Source of the DNA: an uncultured Candidatus Rokubacteria bacterium
GTDB lineage: Bacteria > Methylomirabilota > Methylomirabilia > Rokubacteriales > DASRDR01
Assembly: GCA_963826115.1 (NCBI GenBank)
Contig: CAWGVS010000006.1
Coordinates: 384,001 to 448,000 of the forward strand
Length of the DNA stretch: 64,000 bases
Direction of reading: 5' to 3'
The position numbers and the translations under genes were made by a program. Positions within the stretch are counted from its first letter, which is position 1. Every line of letters starts with the position of its first letter. The notes under the pieces were generated by a model. It ran no database searches, had not been told where the DNA came from, and saw nothing but the letters and a program-made list of their open reading frames with translations. Below, piece by piece: positions 10,358-19,715 of the stretch.

Positions 10358-11503
10358 GTGCAGATCAACAGAAACGGCAACTTCGAGCGGGTCCCGGGGC
10401 GTGTCTGGGACCTCCTCATCCTGGTAGGTGTGGTCGCCCTGATCCTTTTTGCCCGGGCTGGCTTCAGTGCGACCGGGGAGGGCTATCGGATCGGCCCGGG
10501 CGACGTCCTGAAGGTCACGGTCTGGGGTCACGACGACCTGAGCCGGCCCGTGGTGGTCCCGGCCGACGGCCGCGTGCCCTTTCCGCTGATCGGGGACGTC
10601 CAGGTTAACGGGCTCACCCCGACCGAGCTCGAGGGACGGCTCCGCGATCTCCTCGGCAAGGACTACCTCGTGGACCCGCAGGTCACGGTGTCCGTCCAGG
10701 AATACCGCTCACAGCGCGTGTTCGTCTTGGGCGAGGCCGAGAAACCCGGTACCTATCCCCTCACGGGGCGGATCACCCTGCTCGATGTCCTGTCACAGGC
10801 GGGCGGGCCGGCCAAGACCGCGAGCCGCCAGGTCGTGGTCGTGCGGGCGCCGAAGGCCGAGGCGCCCGTGACTCCCGGGACGGCGGGCACCACGACCTTC
10901 CGGGTGAACCTGACGAAGCTCCTCGACGGCATCTCCACGGAGAACCTGGTCCTGGAGAACGGCGACACGGTCTACCTGCCCAGGCAGACGAGCTTCTTCG
11001 TGCTGGGCGAGGTGAAGAAGCCGGGCGCCTACGTGCTCGACAAGGACACCTCGGCGCTCGAGGCGGTCACGCTGGCGGGCGGGTTCACCGAGCGCGCCGC
11101 CTCGACGGTGGCCAAGGTGCTCCGCCGGAAGGCGGACGGCTCCCAGGAGACGATCGCGCTCGATCTCGGCGGCAGCGACACGCGCGCCCGCGACTTCCTC
11201 CTCACCGACAATGACACGATCCTCGTGCCGACCGGCAACAGCTTCTACGTCCTGGGTGAGGTCAAGAAGCCGGGCGCCTACCAGTTGGAGCACGCGGGGA
11301 CGGCTATTGAAGGCGTGGCCCTGGCGGGCGGGTTCACGGAGCGGGCGGCGCCCAACCGCACCAAGATCATTCGGACGCACCGCGACGGCCGCCAAGAGAC
11401 AATCATGATCGACCTGAACGACATCATCAAGCGGGGCCGGAAGGAAAAGGACATCCCGCTGCTCGCGAACGATGTCGTCGTCGTGCCCGAGAGCTTCTTT
11501 TGA
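10358..11503 (+). CDS. wza: Second OPX/Wza-family protein, Poly_export + 3 SLBB repeats
   Basis: Paralogue of 8645..10276 (YRIGPGDVLKVTVW, three GE(A/V)xKPG repeats, VPESFF end). The track's ATG 10304 overlaps the sigma54 promoter, so GTG 10358 (after GAGGGAGG) or ATG 10343 is more plausible. Confidence 0.88.
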   Translation: MQINRNGNFERVPGRVWDLLILVGVVALILFARAGFSATGEGYRIGPGDVLKVTVWGHDDLSRPVVVPADGRVPFPLIGDVQVNGLTPTELEGRLRDLLGKDYLVDPQVTVSVQEYRSQRVFVLGEAEKPGTYPLTGRITLLDVLSQAGGPAKTASRQVVVVRAPKAEAPVTPGTAGTTTFRVNLTKLLDGISTENLVLENGDTVYLPRQTSFFVLGEVKKPGAYVLDKDTSALEAVTLAGGFTERAASTVAKVLRRKADGSQETIALDLGGSDTRARDFLLTDNDTILVPTGNSFYVLGEVKKPGAYQLEHAGTAIEGVALAGGFTERAAPNRTKIIRTHRDGRQETIMIDLNDIIKRGRKEKDIPLLANDVVVVPESFF

Positions 11504-11515
11504 TCGGAGGACTGG

Positions 11516-12895
11516 ATGGATCGTTCTGAGGTCTTCGAGGGTGTCCACCTGCGCGAATACATCCGGGTCATCCGGAAGCACGTCTGGCTGATCCTGGCGT
11601 GCTTCCTGGTCGTCGTGGGTGCGGTCGCGGTGGGGACCTACATGCAGCAGCCCGTGTACCGCGCCGGCGCGGTCGCGCTGATCGCGCCCGAGGCGAACCG
11701 GGTCGTCAACATCCAGGAGGTCACCCCGACCGGCGGTGACTCCCTCGAGAACTTCCAGACCCAGGTCCAGATCATTCGAAGCCGGCCGGTCATCCAGCGG
11801 GTGATCGACACCACGGACCTCCTGAATCGCAAGCCGGAGCTGGCCCGTTCGGCCGAGCCGACCGAGGCCTTCCTCCGCCGCCTGTTCGTGGATCCGGTGC
11901 GCAACACCCGGCTGGTGGAGATCCAGGTGGAGGACCCGGACCCGAAGCTCGCGGCCGAGCTGGCGAACGCCGTCGCCAGCGCGTACGTGCACCAGAACCT
12001 CGAGCTCAAGTTCAGCGCCGCGCGCGACGCGTTGACGTGGCTGACGGCCCAGGTCGGGGACCTCAAGAGCAAGGTGAACGAGTCGGAGCTCAACCTCCAG
12101 CGCTACCGCGAGCAGGCGGGCCTCATCTCCGCCGAGGAGAAGCAGAGCCTCACGACCAAGAAGCTCGGGGAGTTCAACAGCAACTACATCGAGGCCAAGG
12201 CGAAGCGTCTGGAGATGGAGTCTCGCCTGAACGAGATCCGGCGCGCGGCGCAGCAGCCCGAGATGCTCGAGTCGTCCCCGATGGTCATCAACAACCCGCT
12301 GATCCAGCGGCTGAAGGGCCAGCTCGTCGAGCTCGAGGTCCAGCGCTCGAAGCTCCTCAAGACCTTCCGGGAGAAGCACCCGGAGGTCGTCAAGGTGCAG
12401 TCGCAGATCGACGAGATCTCGCAGAAGATCCGTGAAGAAGTGAGCCGCCTCGCGATGAGCATGGAGAGCGAGTACAACTCGCTCAAGGCGCGCGAGAACG
12501 CGATGCTCCAGGCGACCAACCAGTACCGGGACGAGGCGCAGAGCCTGGCCAAGAAGGAGATCCAGTTCGGCATCCTGAAGCGGGAAGCCGACTCGAACCA
12601 GCAGCTCTACGACGTCCTGCTGAAGCGACTGAAGGAGACCGGTTTGAGCCAGGGACTCGATTCCAGCAACGTCCGAATCGTGGAGCCGGCCGTGGCCCCG
12701 ATCCGGCCCATCAAGCCGCGCAAGGCCTTGAATCTGGCGGTCGGCATCGTGCTGGGGCTCGGGACCGGCCTGGCGCTGGCGTTCTTCGTGGAGTACATGG
12801 ACGACTCGATCCGCGCGCCCGAGCACATCGAACAGACCATCGGCGTCCCGGTGTTCGCGCTGATCCCGGTGATCCCGGGCCGAGGTCGGTCATGA
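11516..12895 (+). CDS. wzc: Polysaccharide co-polymerase (GumC/Wzc periplasmic-membrane part)
   Basis: HLREYIRVIRKH N-terminus, two TMs flanking a long coiled coil, EKHPEV, and PIKPRKALNL. Confidence 0.9.
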   Translation: MDRSEVFEGVHLREYIRVIRKHVWLILACFLVVVGAVAVGTYMQQPVYRAGAVALIAPEANRVVNIQEVTPTGGDSLENFQTQVQIIRSRPVIQRVIDTTDLLNRKPELARSAEPTEAFLRRLFVDPVRNTRLVEIQVEDPDPKLAAELANAVASAYVHQNLELKFSAARDALTWLTAQVGDLKSKVNESELNLQRYREQAGLISAEEKQSLTTKKLGEFNSNYIEAKAKRLEMESRLNEIRRAAQQPEMLESSPMVINNPLIQRLKGQLVELEVQRSKLLKTFREKHPEVVKVQSQIDEISQKIREEVSRLAMSMESEYNSLKARENAMLQATNQYRDEAQSLAKKEIQFGILKREADSNQQLYDVLLKRLKETGLSQGLDSSNVRIVEPAVAPIRPIKPRKALNLAVGIVLGLGTGLALAFFVEYMDDSIRAPEHIEQTIGVPVFALIPVIPGRGRS

Positions 12896-13617
12896 GCCGG
12901 CCCGTGGCCGGAAAGCGCGCCGAGCAGTCGCGCCTGGTCGTCCTGGACGACCCGCGCTCGTTCGTGGCCGAAGCGTACCGGGTTCTCCGGACGAACCTGC
13001 ACTACGCGAATCCTGACGCTCCCATCCGGCGCCTGCTCGTGACGAGCGCCGGTGAGGGCGAGGGCAAGTCGACGACCATCGCGAACCTGGCCGTCTGCTT
13101 CGCGCAGGCGGATCGGGCGGTCCTGCTGATCGACGCCGACCTGCGTCGGCCGGTCGTCAACACCCTGTTCCGACAGCCGGCGACGCCGGGCCTGTCCTCG
13201 TACCTGGCGGGCGACGCGTTGTTCGACGCCGTCATCCAGAAGACCGCCGTGCCGAACCTCTCCATCATCGCCAGCGGGCCCACGCCGCCGAATCCGGCGG
13301 AGCTGGTGGGCTCCCGGCGAATGCGCGAGTTGCTGGACGCGGCGGGCGAGCGCTTCGACATGGTCCTCCTCGATTCACCGCCGGTGCTCGCGGTGAGCGA
13401 CGCGGGGGCCCTCGTGCCGATGGTCGACGGGGTGCTCTTGGTCGTCGGGAGCGGCCTGGCCGCTCGCCTGGCCTTGCGGCGGGCGAAGGAGGCGATCCAG
13501 GCCGTCCAGGGGCGCATCGTGGGCGCCGTTCTCAACCGCTTCGACGCGAGCGCGCAAGGGTATCCCAAGCGCTACTACGACCGGTACGAGAACTACTACA
13601 CCAAGCGTAGTTCCTGA
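12892..13617 (+). CDS. CpsD/CapB-family BY tyrosine kinase (stand-alone Wzc kinase domain)
   Basis: AEAYRVLRTNL, Walker A GEGKST, IDADLRRP, LLDSPP and C-terminal tyrosine cluster YPKRYYDRYENYY. Confidence 0.93.
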   Translation: MSRPVAGKRAEQSRLVVLDDPRSFVAEAYRVLRTNLHYANPDAPIRRLLVTSAGEGEGKSTTIANLAVCFAQADRAVLLIDADLRRPVVNTLFRQPATPGLSSYLAGDALFDAVIQKTAVPNLSIIASGPTPPNPAELVGSRRMRELLDAAGERFDMVLLDSPPVLAVSDAGALVPMVDGVLLVVGSGLAARLALRRAKEAIQAVQGRIVGAVLNRFDASAQGYPKRYYDRYENYYTKRSS

Positions 13618-13625
13618 GCGGCCAT

Positions 13626-16553
13626 ATGGCGTCACGCCTCCTCGAGGTCGGGGTCGAGGCGGGGATTCTCGCGGTCGTGCTGTTCGCGCCGATCCCGCTC
13701 GGGTCCGTCCTTCCGTGGGCGCAGGCGGGGCTGCAGATCCTCGTCACGCTCACCGTGGGCCTGTGGATCATCCGCATGATGGTCGACGGCCAGGCCGCGG
13801 TGCGGGTGACGCCGCTCCTGTGGCCGGGCGCGGCGATGCTCGCGCTGGTCGGTGCCCAGCTCCTGATCCCGGGCGGTAGCGTCAGCCCGTACTTCACCTG
13901 GGAGAGCTTCCGGCTGCTGGCCGCCTACCTGGCGTTCCTGATGGTCCTGGGCGCGTACCTCGTCACGCCGGGCCGGATCGTCCGCCTGATCTCGATTCTC
14001 GTTGCCTGGGGGGTCCTGTGGGCGGCCTGCGGTCTGGTCAATCGCGCGGCCGGCCACGAGACGGTGCTCTGGCTCGAGAAGACGGCCTATCAGGGTCGCC
14101 TGGTGAGCACCTTCGTGAACGCGAACAACCAGGCGCTCTACTTCGCGGTCCTGCTGTTCCTCGCCCTGGGCATGGTGTTGCGTCCTTCGCGACGCTCGGG
14201 TAATCCCGGCCCCGCCCGGCCGGCGACCGCGGCGACGTCGCTGCGCGGGACGGGGATCGTCGCCCGCATCCTCTTTGGAGGCGCGGCGGTCGTGCTCGCG
14301 GTTGCGCTGGTGCTGACGGCGTCGCGGGGCGGCGTGGCGGCTGCCGCGGCGGGCTTGCTCGTCATGGGCGTGATGGCGCTGGCGGGGCGAGTTCGCAGCC
14401 GCGTGGTGGTGGGGCTCGCCGCGGGTCTCGGCGCCTTTGTCGGGTACATGGCGTGGCTCGGCGCCGACGGCCTGCTAGATCGCCTGGCCATTCTCGCGCG
14501 CGAGCCGTTCGGGGACCTCCGGTGGGAGATCTGGCGGTCGACGCTCCGCATCGCGGCCGAGGCGCCGGTGCTGGGTACCGGGCTCGGTACCTTCGCGGAC
14601 GCGATCATCGCCCACCGGCCGGCCGGGCTGACCGACGCCTTCTACGTCGACTTCGCGCACAACGACTACCTGCAGCTGCTCGCCGAGGGCGGGGTGCTGG
14701 CCCTGCTCATCCTGGGCTGGGCGGCCGTCGGGTGGCTCGTGTTCGTCGTCGGCCGGTGGCGCGATCGTCAGGACGTGTTCGTGCGCGGGCTCGTGATGGG
14801 CGGCGTGGGGGCCGTGGCCACCGTCGCGTTCCACAGCGCCGTGGATTTCGGGCTCCACATGCCGGGCAACGCGCTCCTGGTCGTTGCTGTCCTGGCGCTG
14901 CTGCCTGCGGTGGTGACCCTCCGCGCACATCGCACGGGTCTGCAGGTCGACCTGCGGGAGTGGCGCGGGAAGGTCGCGCCGCGCGGGCGCGTCATCGTCG
15001 CGGTCGTGACCGCCTTGATCGTCGTGACCTTCGGCCTGGGCCTCACGTCGCTCGCGATCGCCGACTGGAAATACCAGCGCGCCAGCCACCTGATCGGCGA
15101 GAAGCGGCGGATCCAGGGGGCGCTCACCATGGCGGATCTCGCCACGGCCGAGCGTGACCTCCGCGGGGCCGCGGGCTTCGACCGCTGGAACCCGCGCATC
15201 CAGACAGAGTGGGCGATTGCCGCCGGGGAGCTTGGCCACCGCGTATGGACCTACGGTCTGGCCCCGGACGGGACTCGCCTGCGGCCTGGTACCGCGCGCG
15301 AACGTCTCGTGGCCAGTCAGGGATTCCTGGGAGCTGCCGACGGGGCCTACGGACGGAGCCTGCGCTCGCAGCCACTGTTTGCGCTCAACCACGAGCGGTT
15401 CGGCTGGTTCCTCGTTCGCCTCGACGGCGTGCGGCGCACCGTGGTCGCCGAGCGGCTCGAGGATGTCCTAGTTCCGGAGATGGTCGCGACGCTCGGGGTG
15501 CCCGAGAGCCTGTTGCCCCGCGCCCTCGAGCACGTGCAGGAGGCGGTTCACCTCGATCCGGCGAGTCCGGCTCGACGGATGAGCCTCGTGTCGCTCGCGC
15601 TGGCGCGAAGCGCCGAGATCCCGGGCGCGCGCGCGATGGTCATCCGGGAGTCGCGCGAGGCAATCCACCTGGATCGCCGGAAGGTGCTGCCGGAGATCGT
15701 CCGCAAGCTGACCGCGCCGGGCGTCGAGCCCGACCTGCTCTGGCACGCCGTCCCGCGGGAGACGGGCACGCTCGTGGAGCTGGCCGGGATCCTCGAGGCC
15801 GAGGGCAAGGTCTCGGCGGCCGGCGTCGCGCTGGAGGACGCGGTGGCGATGGCGACCGAGCCCTCCGAGCAGGTTACGGTGCTGCTGGCGCGATCCCGCT
15901 TCCTGCTGCGCCATGACGGCAAGGCGCTCGCGCTGGCCCAAGCGCGGCAGGCGCTCGCGCTCAAGCCACCGGACGTCGAGGTCTTCGCAGTGCTGGCCGA
16001 GGCCTACGAGGCGAACGGGCGTCTCGACGAGGCCGCCGCCGCGTACAGCTCGGCGCTGGCGGGCACCGGGGACACGGATGTCCGACGGGCCAACCGGTAC
16101 CGGGCGGGGCTCGCGTCGATCCAGGCGCGACGCGGGGACCAGGCCGGCGCGCTGGCCTTGCGGCGCCAGGCGGTCGACGCCATGCCGAACGACCCCTGGG
16201 CGCGCCTCGAGCTGGCGCGGCTACTCGAGGCCAGGCAGGACCTGGCGGAGAGCCTCCGGGAGTACGAGTCTGCCCGCGTGCTCGGACAGGGAGAGTGGAT
16301 CGTCCAGATCAGCGCTGCCGAGGCCTTCATCCGCAACGGGATGCTGCGGGAAGCCACCGCGCCCACGTTGCGGGCGGTCCAGCTGAATCCGGGCGCGGAC
16401 GACCTGCGCGTCCGACTCGGGGACCTCTACGCCCGGATCGGCATGCCGGACGAGGCCAAGGAGCAGTACCGCCAGGTCCTGGCCCGGCAGCCCGCGCATC
16501 AGGCGGCCAGCCGCGGGCTGCGATCCGTCATGGGCCTCTCGGACCCCGGCTAG
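13626..16553 (+). CDS. O-antigen ligase (Wzy_C) family membrane protein with C-terminal TPR repeats
   Basis: STFVNAN, LTASRGG, RWEIWR...PVLGTGLGTF, FAHNDYLQLLAEGG and FHSAVDFGLH motifs, followed by an Ala/Leu-rich TPR region. Confidence 0.85.
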   Translation: MASRLLEVGVEAGILAVVLFAPIPLGSVLPWAQAGLQILVTLTVGLWIIRMMVDGQAAVRVTPLLWPGAAMLALVGAQLLIPGGSVSPYFTWESFRLLAAYLAFLMVLGAYLVTPGRIVRLISILVAWGVLWAACGLVNRAAGHETVLWLEKTAYQGRLVSTFVNANNQALYFAVLLFLALGMVLRPSRRSGNPGPARPATAATSLRGTGIVARILFGGAAVVLAVALVLTASRGGVAAAAAGLLVMGVMALAGRVRSRVVVGLAAGLGAFVGYMAWLGADGLLDRLAILAREPFGDLRWEIWRSTLRIAAEAPVLGTGLGTFADAIIAHRPAGLTDAFYVDFAHNDYLQLLAEGGVLALLILGWAAVGWLVFVVGRWRDRQDVFVRGLVMGGVGAVATVAFHSAVDFGLHMPGNALLVVAVLALLPAVVTLRAHRTGLQVDLREWRGKVAPRGRVIVAVVTALIVVTFGLGLTSLAIADWKYQRASHLIGEKRRIQGALTMADLATAERDLRGAAGFDRWNPRIQTEWAIAAGELGHRVWTYGLAPDGTRLRPGTARERLVASQGFLGAADGAYGRSLRSQPLFALNHERFGWFLVRLDGVRRTVVAERLEDVLVPEMVATLGVPESLLPRALEHVQEAVHLDPASPARRMSLVSLALARSAEIPGARAMVIRESREAIHLDRRKVLPEIVRKLTAPGVEPDLLWHAVPRETGTLVELAGILEAEGKVSAAGVALEDAVAMATEPSEQVTVLLARSRFLLRHDGKALALAQARQALALKPPDVEVFAVLAEAYEANGRLDEAAAAYSSALAGTGDTDVRRANRYRAGLASIQARRGDQAGALALRRQAVDAMPNDPWARLELARLLEARQDLAESLREYESARVLGQGEWIVQISAAEAFIRNGMLREATAPTLRAVQLNPGADDLRVRLGDLYARIGMPDEAKEQYRQVLARQPAHQAASRGLRSVMGLSDPG

Positions 16554-16564
16554 CACAGGTGTCG

Positions 16565-18301
16565 ATGATGGCAACCAGACCCGGGTTGTGGGGCATCGAG
16601 ACGGAGGCGCAGCAGCTTGCGTCGCTGATCGCTCGCACGCTGCCCGTGACCGTGGCGAGCGTGGCCCTGTGGGACGAACCGAGCCTGAGCCTGACGGTGA
16701 AGGCGATGGAGACGGTGCGACCGGTCGGCGGATCGCTGCCGGTCGGGGCCCGCGTGCAGCTTGCGGACGCTGCGTGGCACCGCCACGCCTTCGAGCACAA
16801 CGAGCCCGTCCTGCTGGAGGGGACAGGTGCCTCCGGACTCGCGGTCGAGCGCGAGTCGGAGCTCGCGCTCATCCCCCACGTCCAGTCGATGTACCTGGTG
16901 CCGATCCGGTTCGCAGACGAGACCGTAGGGGTGCTGGTGCTGGGGGAGGCCCGGGGGACGGATCGCGAGCGCTTCTCCAGCGAGAAGCAGCGGCAGTGCC
17001 AGACGATCCTCGACGAGTTCGTGGTGCAGACCGCGCACGCCTGGGAGGCCCGGCGGCTCCGTCGGCAGGTGCGGGCGATGTCCTCCCTGATGCAGCTCGT
17101 CCGCGGGGTCTCGACTGCGACCTCCTATGATGACCTGCTCGGCAGCTTGGCCGCCGAGGTGGCCGACTGGCTGGGCATCCCGGTCCGCGGTGCGCTGCTT
17201 GGCGTGATGGGCAAGGAGATCCATCTTCTGGCGGGCTGGCAGCTGCCCGATGAGATCCTGAGCGACGGCGGCCGGCAGATGTTCCTGGCGATGACGCGGA
17301 GTGGTGCACGGGGCTCGGGTCCCGTTACCCTGGCGATCGCCGGTGACGACCCCCTGGATCCGATCGCGTCGTGCGAGCCTGCGGCCAAGCGCTGGACGCG
17401 AGTCGGCGTTCCGCTCATGCGAGACGATGAGTTGGTCGGTGTGGTCTGTCTCTACCTGGAGGACGAGATCCGCCTCGCGGACTGGGAGCTCGAGGCGCTG
17501 CGACGACGGGGCGAGATCCTGGCGCTCGGCCTGGAGTCGATCGCGGCGGCGCACAGCCGGCAGGCCGAGCAGGAGCAGCTTCACCGCGTCGCCTTCGATC
17601 TGCTCACCGGTTATCGCTGCGCCCTCCTTCGGGAGGTGTTCGGCAGCATGACCCGCACGCTTGCGGGCTCGCTCGAGCGGCGGCTTCGCGAAGCGCTTCC
17701 CGGGCTCGTCGAGCAGGGCCAGGGGGCGGCGACTGGCCAGGCCGACCATGGCGACCTCGTCACGACGATCGTAGCCGACATGTCGGCAGCGGTGTCCGAG
17801 CTGTGGGAGCTGGAAGACACCGCCCAGTCGGTGACCATGTCGCTCGACGTGAACGACATCGTGGACCGGGCGCTGCGCATCGTGAAGACCAGTCTCGAGG
17901 ACCTGTCGCGACGTCGCGGCGTGACGGTCGTCGTTCGCCGTGATCCGGCCGGGCAGCCGGTCGTGGTGCGGGGGTCCTTGGTCCTGGTCGGCGCCCTCGT
18001 CCACGCGATCGAGAGCGCGGTAGAGGCGATGTCCGACGGGGGCGAGGTGCAGATCCGCACGGGCCGGGAGAACGGCCATGCGGTCATCTCCGTAGAGGAC
18101 ACGGGCGGCCAGACCCTCCGGGAACCCGACTCCGCGCCCCTCGCGCGCCTCTCCGTCAGGCACCCGAGCGTCGTCCTGTCCCTGGTGCGGTCGATCGTGC
18201 ACCCCTTCGGGGGTCGGGTGGCGCTGCAGCCGCTCGAGGCCTCCGGCAGCGCGCTGGTGCTCCACCTGCCGATCCTGTCTTCCGGCGGGACCAAGGACTG
18301 A
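16565..18301 (+). CDS. GAF-GAF-HATPase-like protein (degenerate histidine kinase)
   Basis: Two GAF-like segments (SMYLVPIRFADETVGVLVLG and VGVPLMRDDELVGVVCL). The C-terminal HATPase-like region (LDVNDIV...GGEVQIRT...ISVEDTG) lacks canonical H, N and G2 boxes. Confidence 0.75.
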   Translation: MMATRPGLWGIETEAQQLASLIARTLPVTVASVALWDEPSLSLTVKAMETVRPVGGSLPVGARVQLADAAWHRHAFEHNEPVLLEGTGASGLAVERESELALIPHVQSMYLVPIRFADETVGVLVLGEARGTDRERFSSEKQRQCQTILDEFVVQTAHAWEARRLRRQVRAMSSLMQLVRGVSTATSYDDLLGSLAAEVADWLGIPVRGALLGVMGKEIHLLAGWQLPDEILSDGGRQMFLAMTRSGARGSGPVTLAIAGDDPLDPIASCEPAAKRWTRVGVPLMRDDELVGVVCLYLEDEIRLADWELEALRRRGEILALGLESIAAAHSRQAEQEQLHRVAFDLLTGYRCALLREVFGSMTRTLAGSLERRLREALPGLVEQGQGAATGQADHGDLVTTIVADMSAAVSELWELEDTAQSVTMSLDVNDIVDRALRIVKTSLEDLSRRRGVTVVVRRDPAGQPVVVRGSLVLVGALVHAIESAVEAMSDGGEVQIRTGRENGHAVISVEDTGGQTLREPDSAPLARLSVRHPSVVLSLVRSIVHPFGGRVALQPLEASGSALVLHLPILSSGGTKD

Positions 18302-18303
18302 CG

Positions 18304-19713
18304 ATGTACGGCTTTCAGAGCCAGCACCGGCGCCGGATCGAGATGCTGATCGACGCGTGTCTCACGATCCTGGCGTTCGTCTCGGCGTACGGCCTGCGGG
18401 GCATGTTCGGGACCTTGCCGCCGGCTCCTCTGGCCCACCTGGCGCTCCTGCCCGTCATCGTCCCGATATGGGGATTCCTCCTGATCTTTTTCCGCGCCTA
18501 CCGGAGCCCGGGTGAGGCGTCGATCGTCGATCTGTTCCTCGCCACCGTCCGGGCCGTCGCCGCGGGACTGGTGCTGTTGCTGGCCCTGGTCTTCCTACTG
18601 CGGGCCCACGAGGTCAGCCGGTCTATCGTAGTCACGTTCGGCATTCTCGACTGTCTCGCGCTCTTGGTCGTGCGCCTGGCCCGCGTCTGGAGATTCCGGT
18701 GGGCTCTCGAGCGCGGTGAGAAGCATCGTCGGGTCCTCATCGTGGGGACGGGGAATCGCGCGGAGCGGCTGGCCGGCAAGCTCGTGCAGACCTCGAACTG
18801 GGGCATCGACATCGTGGGGTTCCTCGACACGGACCCCTCGGTCGTCGGGAAGATGATCCGCGGCGCCCCGGTGCTCGGGACCCTCGACGACGTCACCGCC
18901 GTCCTGCGAGACCAGGTGGTCGACGAGGTCGTCCTGGCGATCCCGCGCGGCATGATCGGCGTCGCGGAGAAGGTCGTGCTGGCCTGCGAGGAAGAGGGCG
19001 TCCGGGTCCGGCTCATGGCCGATCTGTTCGAGATCAACGTCGCCCGGATGGTGCTGGACGAGTTCGACGACCTGCCGCTGCTGACCTTCGAGCCCGTCGC
19101 CCAGGAGGAGTGGAAGCTCCTGCTGAAGCGGGTGACCGACCTGGGGCTGACGCTGCTGTCGATGCCCGTCGTCCTCCCGATCGTCGCGGCCGTCGCCGTC
19201 GCGATCAAGTGGGACTCGCCGGGCCCGGTCTTCTTCAAGCAGCTGCGGGTGGGCCAGAACAAGCGCCGGTTCACCCTGTACAAGTTCCGCACGATGGCCG
19301 AGGGCAGTGAGCAGCGGCAGGGCGAATTCGAGCACCTCAACGAGGCCCAGGGGCCGATCTTCAAGATCACCAACGACCCCCGGGTCACGCGGGTGGGCCG
19401 CTTCCTGCGGCGGACGAGCCTAGACGAGGTGCCGCAGCTCTTCAACGTCATCTACGGCGAGATGAGCTTGGTGGGGCCACGTCCGATGTCGGTGCGCGAC
19501 GTGAACCTCTTCGATCGCGGCATCCAGCGGAAGCGCTTTAGCGTGAAGCCCGGCCTGACCTGCCTCTGGCAGGTGTCAGGGCGCAGCAACCTGCCCTTCG
19601 AGAAGTGGCTGGAGCTGGATCTCTGGTACATCGAGCACTGGTCCATGCTCCTGGATCTGAAGATCCTGCTCCGGACGATCCCCGCCGTTTTCCGCGGCAC
19701 CGGGGCGATGTAG
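18304..19713 (+). CDS. Undecaprenyl-phosphate sugar-1-phosphate (priming) transferase, WcaJ/CpsE family
   Basis: N-terminal TMs, VLIVGTG domain, and KFRTM, DPRVTRVGRFLRRTSLDEVPQ, GEMSLVGPRP, KPGLTCLWQVSGR. Confidence 0.95.
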   Translation: MYGFQSQHRRRIEMLIDACLTILAFVSAYGLRGMFGTLPPAPLAHLALLPVIVPIWGFLLIFFRAYRSPGEASIVDLFLATVRAVAAGLVLLLALVFLLRAHEVSRSIVVTFGILDCLALLVVRLARVWRFRWALERGEKHRRVLIVGTGNRAERLAGKLVQTSNWGIDIVGFLDTDPSVVGKMIRGAPVLGTLDDVTAVLRDQVVDEVVLAIPRGMIGVAEKVVLACEEEGVRVRLMADLFEINVARMVLDEFDDLPLLTFEPVAQEEWKLLLKRVTDLGLTLLSMPVVLPIVAAVAVAIKWDSPGPVFFKQLRVGQNKRRFTLYKFRTMAEGSEQRQGEFEHLNEAQGPIFKITNDPRVTRVGRFLRRTSLDEVPQLFNVIYGEMSLVGPRPMSVRDVNLFDRGIQRKRFSVKPGLTCLWQVSGRSNLPFEKWLELDLWYIEHWSMLLDLKILLRTIPAVFRGTGAM

Positions 19714-19715
19714 CC

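Noticed and set aside
10793-12826. 677-aa antisense ORF, and similar long shadow ORFs such as 4831..6459, 16550..18265, 32670..35042, 53260..55275 and 57768..59615
   Set aside because: They lie opposite well-supported genes and have no family motifs. Long stop-free antisense frames are expected at this GC content.
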